This document shows positions 1 to 11,245 of a stretch of 64,000 nt of DNA, piece by piece. The DNA is taken from the NCBI GenBank assembly GCA_046497275.1, contig JAWOFX010000078.1:3024-67023 (forward strand), read 5' to 3'. The first letter of the stretch is position 1. Each line of letters opens with the position of its first letter. Position numbers and translations under genes: made by a program. The DNA comes from Promethearchaeia archaeon. Lineage in GTDB: Archaea > Asgardarchaeota > Lokiarchaeia > Sigyniarchaeales > SOKP01. Under the pieces are notes generated by a model, which worked only from the letters and a program-made list of their open reading frames with translations, was not told the origin of the DNA and did no database searches.

Positions 1-1
1 A

Positions 2-1111
2 AATATTTTAATTGGAAGTTTTTTTACGATATTATTTGTGCTTTTTACGTATCAAACAACCAGAAAGCACCGTTCCGCACCTTATCTTCTCTTATCTCTA
101 TTTTTTGGAGTTCTTGGAGCTTTTTTTGCTCTTGTAGACAGTGCTAATCTTCTCCCAAACTTCACAGCTTTTAACAGAATCTATTTAATTGTAGAATTGA
201 TGTTTTATGGCTTACAATTCTTTTTCTTCTATTTATTTGTACAGGACATTTCGAGATTACATCCGCAATTATGGAGTTTAATTCTTATGTTCGCATTTTT
301 AATTATTCAGAATATGTCAGTCTGGTTAATGGTATGGTTTTCTTCATTTTCAACCACCGCAGTTGATAATCTCTGGTTATTAGCTGATATTGGATATAAT
401 AACCTAGCTATTTTTGCTTTTTGGATTATAGGTATCCCCACGTATTATAGATTATATGATTATACGAAAGAGAAAAAAACCTTAGGTTTTATCTTTGGAT
501 TGATATTAGTGGGTGGAGGATACGTAGTTGGTTCTTTAATAGATTATATTGGATTTTTCGGTACAGTTCCCAGCTGGTTGAATGAGATTAGTATCTTAGG
601 AGAGATTTTTCCATTAGTTGGATTATTGATCTTTCTGCTAACCTATATTTTGGATGTAGATTATATTTATAGATTACCTCATGACCATTATATGTTGATG
701 GTGACCTATAAAAGTGGAGTTGCTATTCACACCGTAAAATTTGATACTAAACGGGAAGTACAAATCGAGGAGAATCTTTTTTCTGGCTTCATTTCTAGTT
801 TAACTTTTGTTTTTGATAATATTCTCCAATCTATCTCTCCAATAGAAATAATATCCAGTAAAGATGCTTCCATTCTTTTACGCTCCGGAGAAAAGATTTT
901 GGTTATTATATTAACCCAACAACCAACCTCAATCTTAGCACGTGCATTGGACAGGTATATAAAAAGATTTGAAGATAAATTTAAAGATGAATTGAAAAGA
1001 GAATCTACTGAAGTAGGAAAATTCCAAGAAGCGGAGGAACTAATTAAACCAATATTTCCCTTCTTGAAAATTAAGGATAACTTGGAGAAGAAACCTACCA
1101 GAGAAATATAA
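2..1111 (+). CDS. Polytopic membrane protein with C-terminal roadblock/longin-like alpha/beta domain (5' end probably outside the window)
   Basis: The track ORF 38..1111 starts at GTG, but the frame is open back to nt 2 and the upstream residues (NILIGSFFTILF) look like more TM helix. About 6 hydrophobic segments are followed by a soluble tail 'YMLMVTYKSGVAIHTVKF..LFSGFISSLTFVFDNIL..ILLRSGEKILVIILT' resembling roadblock/LC7-MglB type domains. Confidence 0.5.
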   Translation, partial: NILIGSFFTILFVLFTYQTTRKHRSAPYLLLSLFFGVLGAFFALVDSANLLPNFTAFNRIYLIVELMFYGLQFFFFYLFVQDISRLHPQLWSLILMFAFLIIQNMSVWLMVWFSSFSTTAVDNLWLLADIGYNNLAIFAFWIIGIPTYYRLYDYTKEKKTLGFIFGLILVGGGYVVGSLIDYIGFFGTVPSWLNEISILGEIFPLVGLLIFLLTYILDVDYIYRLPHDHYMLMVTYKSGVAIHTVKFDTKREVQIEENLFSGFISSLTFVFDNILQSISPIEIISSKDASILLRSGEKILVIILTQQPTSILARALDRYIKRFEDKFKDELKRESTEVGKFQEAEELIKPIFPFLKIKDNLEKKPTREI

Positions 1112-1371
1112 TAATTGTTGGAAGAAGATTTAGCATTAAATTGATTAATCAGTATAGAGCTTTTCATTGATCCTTTTTTTATTTCTCTACATAATTTGTG
1201 TTTTCTTAACTAATGTTATAGGATTATAACAGCATATTATTTTTTCTAGTAAAAAATCGAAAAAATTAATTAATGATTGATCTTATTTACTAAATAGAAT
1301 GATCAAAGTCAATTACATAGTGTAAGGGGATAAAAATTATAGATGCAATTGATAAAAAAATATTAGAAGAA

Positions 1372-1758
1372 TTGGAAAAAGACGGACGACAATCGTATAG
1401 TGAGATTGGGGATATTGTTGGTCGCACGGAAGCTACGGTGAGACGAAGAGTGAAAAAGATGTTGAAAAAGGATATTATTCAGAAATTTACTATTGAATAT
1501 GAAGTTAATTCTAAACCAAAAGTAAGAGCAACTGTTAAGATTGAGCCGGATTACAAGAAAATCAAGACCATTATGAAAAGTTTAAAAGAAATTGAGGAGA
1601 TAACAGATATATGGAGATTATCAGGCGATTGTGGGTTATTTATTCTTGTTGAAATTCCTTCGATAGAAAAATTTAATCCATTAATTGAGGGCAAAATCTC
1701 TCAAATTGACGGAATAAAGATCATTGAAACTTGTTTTATTACTGATGTCATTAAATAA
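1372..1758 (+). CDS. Lrp/AsnC family transcriptional regulator
   Basis: HTH 'SYSEIGDIVGRTEATVRRRVKKM' followed by a RAM/ACT-like C-terminal domain. The conserved N-terminal 'IDKKILEEL' lies upstream of the TTG used by the track (see findings). Confidence 0.85.
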   Translation: MEKDGRQSYSEIGDIVGRTEATVRRRVKKMLKKDIIQKFTIEYEVNSKPKVRATVKIEPDYKKIKTIMKSLKEIEEITDIWRLSGDCGLFILVEIPSIEKFNPLIEGKISQIDGIKIIETCFITDVIK

Positions 1759-1850
1759 GAATAATTCATTTGAAGCAGAAAAAAGACCCTTTTGATACCA
1801 AAAGGAGATTGTTAACTATCTTAATTTTAATACACTTATTCTCACTATTT

Positions 1851-2477
1851 TTAATTTATTCGTTTGAATATATAATCGTTTGCCGTTTTTGTATAGCCTA
1901 CTCCGTGATTATGGGCTTCCATATACTTTTCGGTTATTTCAATATTTTTCTTTGGAATAAAATAAGCATCTAAATTCCGAGTAGAAAGATTGAATTTATT
2001 ACTTCGCTTATGAATCACAGCAATAAACTCATAGTCAGGCATTATTGATGCCATACTAGCATCCCCATGACTATTATTCACTACTAAAATACCACCAATT
2101 TTTAAGTACCGTTTGCAAGCTCGGGATACAAACCCTGCGTACTGCGATATTAACAAATCAAAAGTTTTCTCTTCTAATGGAAGATTTTTAGTATAATCTC
2201 CATATTCATAAGTATAATATGGTTCTTCAGAATAAAACTTTCTTTTATTTATATATTCAAATAAGCCATCTGAATCGTAAAATGATTCCAACTTCTTATA
2301 TAAATCATTAAATATTACATATGGAAATACGAAAATTGGCGTAATATGTGCATAACTTCCGGGATATAGCACCTTTTTAATGGTAAATTCCTCATTAAGC
2401 CGCTCGAATAACCCTAGGCGTTCATCATCTTTATCAATATGATTTTTTTTGTAGAGGTTTATATCACTATCTTTCAT
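1851..2477 (-). CDS. Putative class I methyltransferase-fold protein
   Basis: 208-aa ORF with a Rossmann-like pattern 'VLYPGSYAHITP...FDLLIS...YLKIGGILVVNN'. The motif I glycines are degenerate. Confidence 0.4.
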   Translation of the reverse strand: MKDSDINLYKKNHIDKDDERLGLFERLNEEFTIKKVLYPGSYAHITPIFVFPYVIFNDLYKKLESFYDSDGLFEYINKRKFYSEEPYYTYEYGDYTKNLPLEEKTFDLLISQYAGFVSRACKRYLKIGGILVVNNSHGDASMASIMPDYEFIAVIHKRSNKFNLSTRNLDAYFIPKKNIEITEKYMEAHNHGVGYTKTANDYIFKRIN

Positions 2478-2609
2478 TTTCTTAGGTAGAGAATCATGGA
2501 CTTATTTAAATTTTATAAGTTTTAAAATATAAATTGCGAAGTTCCAACTTGCAACATATGATTCTCATATTACACTGATTTTTGGATAGAAATTTATTTT
2601 TTTAAAACT

Positions 2610-3065
2610 ATGAAGAAAATAGCTAATGTATCAATAAATTCTGAATTTGCTGATAATTATGATTCTTGTGTGTATATGTTAAAATGTTATAAAAATAAAA
2701 GGGCTTTAGAGGAAAAGAATGGCGATTTTTTATATTATACCGATATGACTGAAGATCCTGAAACACGATTAGAAGAACATATTAAAAAGAGAGACATTTA
2801 CACAAAACGATTTAAGGGAAATATTGAAGTAAGTTACGTAGAGTTATATAAGGATCTTGTGGCTGCACAAAAAAGAAAGGAACAGCTAAAAAAGTTGAGA
2901 AGAGATGAAAAGGGATCATTAGCAAATAAAAAAATTGCTGGAATATGCGATAAGTGTAATGAGGAGATGATAAAGACGGTTATGATTGACAATAAGGGAA
3001 CAAGAAGAGAAATTCTTCAATGTACCGGTTGTAAATTTTGGAAATTCTCCCCTTTTAAGTTTTAA
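2610..3065 (+). CDS. GIY-YIG (URI) domain protein with C-terminal zinc ribbon
   Basis: 'CVYMLKC...FLYYTDMTEDPETRLEEH...E..LKKLRRDEK' fits the GIY-YIG core. The C-terminus has CDKC...CTGC. Confidence 0.6.
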   Translation: MKKIANVSINSEFADNYDSCVYMLKCYKNKRALEEKNGDFLYYTDMTEDPETRLEEHIKKRDIYTKRFKGNIEVSYVELYKDLVAAQKRKEQLKKLRRDEKGSLANKKIAGICDKCNEEMIKTVMIDNKGTRREILQCTGCKFWKFSPFKF

Positions 3066-3169
3066 TCCTCTTTGAAATTGTTGCTTTCTTTTTTCTTTTT
3101 CAATAAATAAAATAATCTTTTTAGAAATATCTTAGAAGTTTAAGGAAAAGAGAAAAGAAAAAAATTTAA

Positions 3170-3481
3170 TTATTGATTTTCAATTTTAATCATTGGAAGA
3201 GTTAATCTCTCTTCATGGCATTTCGGACACTTGGAAGGAATCCGTATTTCTCCGCTATTTAATGAGAATTCATATCCGCAATTCATACAGACAGGGGGTT
3301 TCACATAAATTTTTTTTCCGTTTCGTTTCAAATTTCTTAAGATAAAATTAAAATCTTGGATCAATGAATTAATATCAGTATATTTCAAGTCTCTCATAAT
3401 GTCTTTTATATGATACTCTCCTTCTGAATCAATTAAGTGATCGTACAATTTTTCCCGACTGGTTTGCCATTCTTCAGACAT
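3170..3481 (-). CDS. Small HTH-Zn-ribbon transcriptional regulator (COG3357-like)
   Basis: 103 aa. An N-terminal wHTH-like region is followed by 'CMNCGYEF....CPKCHEE', a four-Cys ribbon. Confidence 0.55.
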   Translation of the reverse strand: MSEEWQTSREKLYDHLIDSEGEYHIKDIMRDLKYTDINSLIQDFNFILRNLKRNGKKIYVKPPVCMNCGYEFSLNSGEIRIPSKCPKCHEERLTLPMIKIENQ

Positions 3482-3620
3482 TTTTAATATCCCTCCTTAT
3501 ATAGTGAATTTGGATTCTAGGTACGGTCTTAATATATCGATTTAAAATAATAAATCTTGTCCTTACAAAATAAAAGTGGAAAATAGTAGAATTTCAGTTA
3601 TTAGGATTTTGCAGAATTCA

Positions 3621-4082
3621 TCAGATTTGGTTCTTTGAATCAGGTTCTAGAATTGATAATAGGAACATCATAAGAGCTAAAGGAATTGCGATATAATTCC
3701 ATACAGCACCTGGAGCGATTCCAGTGGTCTCAAATGGTTTGATTAATCCAACAATAATACGCATTATATACTCAGCAATAATTAAAATATACATCAATGG
3801 TATTAAGTTTTTATAACGAAAGAAAACGATAAGATATATAATCGCCATTAAAAGCTGTGAGCTTCCCCACAAAGCAAATATCGAAATAATGATTTCCGCA
3901 CCCTCAACACCCAAATCTATGGTGGCAATTGAGCCAGCACCACCATCAGGGGCCAAAAAATGAATTAAACTCCTAATGATGGTAACAATTGTTAAAATTA
4001 AAAAAATGATTTCCGCTACTTTATAGCCTTTATAATCATTTTCTGCTTTTTCAGGAAGGATTTTACTGGTAAGTGTTGACAT
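3621..4082 (-). CDS. Small integral membrane protein (4 TM), possible partner of the upstream oxidoreductase
   Basis: Four hydrophobic helices. Same strand and 96 nt downstream of the Fe-S subunit gene. Confidence 0.5.
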   Translation of the reverse strand: MSTLTSKILPEKAENDYKGYKVAEIIFLILTIVTIIRSLIHFLAPDGGAGSIATIDLGVEGAEIIISIFALWGSSQLLMAIIYLIVFFRYKNLIPLMYILIIAEYIMRIIVGLIKPFETTGIAPGAVWNYIAIPLALMMFLLSILEPDSKNQI

Positions 4083-4178
4083 TTTATTTTCTCTTGATAC
4101 ATTTTTTTATGTAACATATTCAATTTCAATTTTCTATGATTTTGATGTACTAGTTTATTGTTTTTTTTGCAGTTAAAA

Positions 4179-4757
4179 TCATAATTCTCTTTTTTCCATA
4201 GGTGGGACATAATATATTATTGGGTTTGTCCCTAAATCTTCTTTTAATCTAAATACTTCTTTTTCCGATATAATTCTTGACACTTTACTATTAGAATCAT
4301 TAAAATCTCCGAAATATATTGCTTGTCCTTCGCAACAGATCACACAGAAGGGTTCTAATCCTTGGTCAATACGATGAGCGCATAAATTGCATTTTTCTGC
4401 TAAACTTTCCTTTTCATTAAAATAGATTACACCGTATGGACATGCATCCACACAAGTTCTACAGCCATCACATAGATCATCATCAATTATTACAATACCA
4501 TCCTCTCGTTTATATATCGCGTTAACCGGACACGCTTTAAGGCAAGGAGGATTCTCACAATGATTGCATAGTTTTGGGATCCACGATATTCGCAAGTTGG
4601 GGAAGTTACCGCTTGGGACATCTTTCAAAGCAGAATCAGTTGTATCTACTATAATAAATCCTACATCTGCATTATGTTCAATCCTACATGCAACAGTACA
4701 CGCATCACATCCAATGCATCGTTCTTGATCTATTACAAAACCAAATCTTTTACTCAT
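4179..4757 (-). CDS. 4Fe-4S ferredoxin-type electron-transfer subunit (DmsB/PsrB-like) of a molybdopterin oxidoreductase
   Basis: Multiple CxxCxxCxxxC(P) clusters (CIGCDACTVAC, CNHCENPPCLKACP, CDGCRTCVDACP, CNLCAHR). Its start overlaps the stop of the catalytic subunit gene by 4 nt. Confidence 0.85.
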   Translation of the reverse strand: MSKRFGFVIDQERCIGCDACTVACRIEHNADVGFIIVDTTDSALKDVPSGNFPNLRISWIPKLCNHCENPPCLKACPVNAIYKREDGIVIIDDDLCDGCRTCVDACPYGVIYFNEKESLAEKCNLCAHRIDQGLEPFCVICCEGQAIYFGDFNDSNSKVSRIISEKEVFRLKEDLGTNPIIYYVPPMEKREL

Positions 4758-7015
4758 TTTTCTCCCTCCTCTAATTTTTGAATACCTACCGCTACATCAT
4801 TCATATGCATATTTGGCTCATAAATTTTATTTTGTACGGGGTTGATAATATCATGCGTTAGATGATTAACACTCCCTTCTCGAAATTGATCAAACCACCA
4901 CCCTTCCATTATATTAATAACTCTAGGACGAACCGCATCAGAAACTTTCGCTTTTAGAACAGTTTTTGCTCGTTCATTAAACACTGATACCATATCTCCT
5001 GAGGAAATTCCTAGTTGTTTTGCATCGTTGGGATTGATCTCAACTACTGGCTCAGGTTCTATTTTCAGTAGAGAATCTACATTTGCATAACTGGAATGGG
5101 TGCGGAATCTGCTATGTCCTTGTACGAATGTATAGGGATATTTATGTTCTCCTGATTCAATGGGAGCCTCTATTGGGGGCAAATATACGGGAAGAGCTTG
5201 TCCATCTTCTACTAGTTGTTCAGCATAAATTTCAATTTTGCCAGAAGGAGTTCCAAATGTAAGCGGAAATTCACCCCCTTCTGGAATTTCTCGTAAATAC
5301 ATTGCCTTATCCTTTAAAGCGTCTCTGGAATAATCTTTCAGAGAGGGATGATCCATCATCAAATCAATAAAACCCTCTTCACCACCCTTAAAATACTCTC
5401 CATAACCTAATTTCTGAGCTATGCCTGTGGCAATATCCACATCAGACTTTGACTCATATAATGGTTCGATAACTTTTTGTTGAAGTTGGACATATGGATA
5501 TGGATGTGGAAGAAAATCAGAAAATTCTAAAAAACTACAAACTGGTAGAACCAAATCTGCATATTTCGCATTTGGTGTCATAAATAATTCAGTTTGAACT
5601 ATAAATTCTAATTGGGGGAAAAATTCATCCCGAATTTTAGTTGAATGCGCACATTGATTTATGAAGTTGATAAACGCAAATAAGACCGCTTTTATAGGAT
5701 ATGGTTTTTCGTTAATCACTGCATCATAGAGATTTAAAATACCTAATCTATGATAACTTGGCGTCTCTGGATCAGCATTTAAAAATGGGTCCCAATTCAG
5801 AACAGCAGGTAGATAACCAGAACGGAAGCTCGTAGCGACATTGCCAGTCACACTTGCAACAGTTGCTAATCCACGTAAAGAGATGTCTCCATGGTAGGTT
5901 CTTGTAAAACCCATATACGTAAAGAATGTTACATTCTTCTCTGTACCTATCTTCTTCGCAAGAGTGATTATTTTATCTTCTGAAAGTCCAGTAAGTTGAA
6001 CAGTTTTTTCAGGTGTATATTTTTCTGCCTCCTCCATTAAAAGGTGGAATGCTGGTTTACATTCAATTCCATCAATATTGTAAGTACCTGTAATAACTGC
6101 ATCCTTATTCGATCTCCTCACTTTTTTTGCTTGATTTGACTTTTCATTCCATATGATATAGGCGTTCGCTTTCCGCTCTCCGATATCTTTACCTCGCAAA
6201 AATTTATTGTTGTCTAATCTTACTAAATAAGATCCATTTGTATGTTCCTTAATAAAATCTATATCATGTAGATTATTTTTAAAAATAATATTCAGTAAAC
6301 CAAGAGCAAGAGCCGGGTCTGTTGCAGGTTTGATGGGAAGAAATTCGTCTGCCTTCGATGCAGTCACAGTGAAACGAGGATCTATAACGACCAGTTTAGT
6401 TCCCTCTTGCTTTGCATCCAGAATTTTTCGCATGGATTGCAATGGTGCTGACTCTCCCGGATTCGTACCCCATACAATTAAGAGATTTGGCCATTTTCTT
6501 TGCCAAAACTTCCCAAAAAGATAAATATACGGTAAATGACTCCCAAAAATTACACGACTACCGCATGGAAGTCCCGCATCACCATAGCCCCAGGCACTCA
6601 CCCGTGTTGATTGAGTGAGACTTGCAAGCCTTAAATAGGCGCCGAATTTTGTGGTACCTGCTCCCGGACCTCCCAATACCCATCCAATGGATCTCCAGCC
6701 ATATTTATCCGCTATTTCTCTAAATTTAGTAGCGATAAGATTAAAGGCTTCATCCCAAGAAATCCTTTCAAATTTTCCTTCACCTCGTTTTCCAATTCGT
6801 TTCATAGGATATTTAATTCGATCTGGATGATAGGTAATATCTAAAGTAGAAAGCCCTCGAAGACATATTCGTTTATCTTTCTCATAAGGAAAATCGGCTG
6901 GTTCTAGCTTGATAACTTTTCTATCCTTTACATGGGCTAAAATTCCACAGCAGTCAATACCACAGTGTGCGGGACAGGCAGTTCTTATGATTTTAATATT
7001 CTCTTTTTCATTCAT
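4754..7015 (-). CDS. Molybdopterin (bis-MGD) oxidoreductase catalytic subunit, DMSO-reductase family, no Tat signal
   Basis: 753 aa. N-terminal Fe-S motif 'CPAHCGIDCCG', typical MopB core and C-terminal molybdopterin dinucleotide-binding region ('VEINPNDA..LGI..GD.V.V'). No twin-arginine leader. Confidence 0.9.
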   Translation of the reverse strand: MNEKENIKIIRTACPAHCGIDCCGILAHVKDRKVIKLEPADFPYEKDKRICLRGLSTLDITYHPDRIKYPMKRIGKRGEGKFERISWDEAFNLIATKFREIADKYGWRSIGWVLGGPGAGTTKFGAYLRLASLTQSTRVSAWGYGDAGLPCGSRVIFGSHLPYIYLFGKFWQRKWPNLLIVWGTNPGESAPLQSMRKILDAKQEGTKLVVIDPRFTVTASKADEFLPIKPATDPALALGLLNIIFKNNLHDIDFIKEHTNGSYLVRLDNNKFLRGKDIGERKANAYIIWNEKSNQAKKVRRSNKDAVITGTYNIDGIECKPAFHLLMEEAEKYTPEKTVQLTGLSEDKIITLAKKIGTEKNVTFFTYMGFTRTYHGDISLRGLATVASVTGNVATSFRSGYLPAVLNWDPFLNADPETPSYHRLGILNLYDAVINEKPYPIKAVLFAFINFINQCAHSTKIRDEFFPQLEFIVQTELFMTPNAKYADLVLPVCSFLEFSDFLPHPYPYVQLQQKVIEPLYESKSDVDIATGIAQKLGYGEYFKGGEEGFIDLMMDHPSLKDYSRDALKDKAMYLREIPEGGEFPLTFGTPSGKIEIYAEQLVEDGQALPVYLPPIEAPIESGEHKYPYTFVQGHSRFRTHSSYANVDSLLKIEPEPVVEINPNDAKQLGISSGDMVSVFNERAKTVLKAKVSDAVRPRVINIMEGWWFDQFREGSVNHLTHDIINPVQNKIYEPNMHMNDVAVGIQKLEEGEK

Positions 7016-7193
7016 TCTAAATACTCTAGAATTATGATTTAAAACCTATAATAATGGATTGTAAAATAATCTTCAATAATTAAATTCTATGATTTAATTT
7101 TAATGGGGAGAGTTAAAAATATTTATTGGTTCAATGATAATTAAATGATTTTGTTTATTTATTATAGAATAAGTTCATAATGATGTCTTAATC

Positions 7194-7451
7194 TTATTCT
7201 TCCGAAGTACGCACTAATTTTTGTCCGTGTAAATCATATGCATCCGATGCCACCGCTTTTAATGCTTCCTCAATCCCCTCTCCAGTTTTTGCCGATATTT
7301 CGAACGCTCCACAAGCACCGATTCTTTTAGCGAGTATTGTTCCCTCTTCTTCTGAATAAACTCTTAATTCACCTAAATCGCATTTGTTTCCTATCAGAAT
7401 GAATAAAATCTCATTACTACTCTTTATAATAAAACAGCTTTTAGAAAACAA
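7194..7451 (-). pseudogene. 5'-truncated Ras/Rab-like small GTPase remnant (G4-G5 half only)
   Basis: Contains 'LIGNKCDL' (G4 NKxD) and 'ISAKTGEG' (G5 SAK), but no P-loop, switch I or DxxG. The frame closes at a stop at 7464-7466. Confidence 0.6.
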
Positions 7452-7618
7452 GAATAATCTTTTTTAATAATAATTATCAATTAGTATTCAGTCTTTAATA
7501 GAAATGGTTATTGATTATATTTTATAAAATCAATGGTTAAAAATTAAACTAACCTAGTTTAACAATAATCAAAATTCTATTTAGTACTATTTTTAAAAAA
7601 ACCAAATTTAAAAGATGA

Positions 7619-9814
<2,196 letters not shown>

Positions 9815-9863
9815 TTTAATCTTAAAATTTTTTTTATTTTTAATTAGAAATATTGTAAAAATA

Positions 9864-10307
9864 ATGACGCCTGCAGATAAATTGGAAAAGAAGAAAATAG
9901 AAGTTTCTTCTAAAGAATCAAAGATATCTAAGAGTAAAGTTAAAAGAGTATTATATTATATAGCAGGAACTTTTTTTTTATCCTTAGGGATTATCGGCAT
10001 TATTTTACCCATTCTTCCGACCACACCATTTCTCTTATTATCCGCTGCTTGTTATGTACGAAGTTCAGAAAAAGCCTATAATTGGCTAATTCATAATAAA
10101 ATATTCGGTAAAATTATCCGAGATTATAGAGAAGGAAGGGGATTGCCTACAAAAATTAAGGTAATAACGATTATATTTTTATGGATAACAATTTTCATTT
10201 CAATTCTATTTATCACTATATTTTGGGTTCAAATATTATTAATCATCATTGCGAGTCTCGTCTCAATCCATATAGTTCTTATAAAACCAAAATCTCAGCA
10301 AAAATAA
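9864..10307 (+). CDS. YbaN/DUF454 family inner membrane protein
   Basis: 'GIIGIILPILPTTPFLLLSAACYVRSSEKAYNWL' matches the DUF454 signature. Confidence 0.75.
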   Translation: MTPADKLEKKKIEVSSKESKISKSKVKRVLYYIAGTFFLSLGIIGIILPILPTTPFLLLSAACYVRSSEKAYNWLIHNKIFGKIIRDYREGRGLPTKIKVITIIFLWITIFISILFITIFWVQILLIIIASLVSIHIVLIKPKSQQK

Positions 10308-10664
10308 GAAACTCTTTCTGGAAAAACTATTATTGTATCTTCAATGGTATGCTAAGAATTTCGTGTTATTTATTGTTTCAGACAAGTAGGATTCCAATAT
10401 CGAATAATTTTACAATTGTAATAATATTGATATAGACTTTAGTCCTCAAACAATAAAAAAATATTTTTCTTAGAGTGGTTAAGAGTTTCGAGTTCTTTCT
10501 TCAATTAAAGTTTTTACATGCTCTGCAAATCGCTTCTCTATATTTCCGTTCCAAAATTTTTCTTAGTATGGGAATTCATGATAAAATGAACTTTATTGAT
10601 TAAACAGAGAGGGTAGTTTATAAATGAAATTATTTAAAAATGAAATCTATAAAAAAAAATAACA

Positions 10665-11025
10665 CAAGTAGTGAGAAAATTAGTATTTCTTACCAGACTT
10701 ATTCTGGTCTGAAAAACCCAATTCAAAACAACTCACTACCCTAAACCCAAATTTATACCAAAAAGGTACAGATTTCTGTTATAATAATCGTGAAATTTAT
10801 CACATTTAAATTTAAGTGATGTAATAGTTTTTAAGAATGAGAAACATGTAGTGAAAATAAAATAGTATTCTTACCAGACTTGCTCCGGTCCGAATTACTC
10901 AATTCACGGTTAAAACACTACAAAAACCAAAAAATCCGTATCAAAAAATTACACGGATTTACTTATTATTAAAATGTGATTCAAACCTTTTAAATTTAAA
11001 CTATATAGATTATAGAAATTTTTAT
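10665..11025. repeat. Tandem imperfect direct repeat (2 units of ~180-184 bp) in an ~800-bp ORF-free gap; possible sRNA or regulatory units
   Basis: Unit A core is 10668-10739 and unit B core is 10848-10921. Both share 'GTAGTGA..TAGTATT(T)CTTACCAGACTT..TC.GGTC.GAA'. Each core is closed by an inverted repeat (GTAGTGAG/CTCACTAC in A; GTAGTG/CACTAC in B). Both units end in 'TTTAAATTTAA' (10805-10815 and 10989-10999). Confidence 0.6.
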
Positions 11026-11245
11026 AGTTTACTTTCAGATCTAAAGAATTCTGTAAAATATCCTCATAAAGGTAGAGGTGAATCCAAATCATCAATTTAT
11101 GAAGCTTCCTACTTTATGAAATCCAATTGATAGATAAACCAATGACAATATATTCTACTATCAATTTAAGAGCCGGTTTCTTTCGCCCATTTTTTTGGTC
11201 TTACAAAATGGATAATCTAAAAATCAGTTTATAATAAAAAAAATT

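Noticed and set aside
1214-1231. Perfect inverted repeat TGTTATA-GGAT-TATAACA about 140 bp upstream of the Lrp/AsnC gene, as an autoregulatory operator.
   Set aside because: A 7-bp A/T-rich palindrome is expected by chance in DNA of this composition. There is no second site or other support.
4016-4210. 64-aa ORF bridging the Fe-S subunit gene and the 4-TM gene.
   Set aside because: It overlaps both neighbours on the same strand in another frame. It is Lys/Asn-rich low-complexity sequence and likely spurious.
10668-10921. The tRNA-sized (72-74 nt) elements closed by a 6-8-bp terminal stem, with a 5-bp stem and 7-nt loop in the middle, could be tRNA genes. The loop ACTTATT would give anticodon UUA.
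   Set aside because: No D-arm or T-arm can be formed. Loop position 33 is C and position 37 is U. The elements are very AT-rich, unlike archaeal tRNAs. Copy B has a mismatch in the central stem. They were kept only as a noncoding repeat.
10665-11025. Possible CRISPR array or C/D-box sRNA pair.
   Set aside because: There are only two long (~180 bp) imperfect units with no short repeat/spacer periodicity. The CTGA (D-box-like) in copy A is CCGA in copy B, and no RUGAUGA C-box is present.
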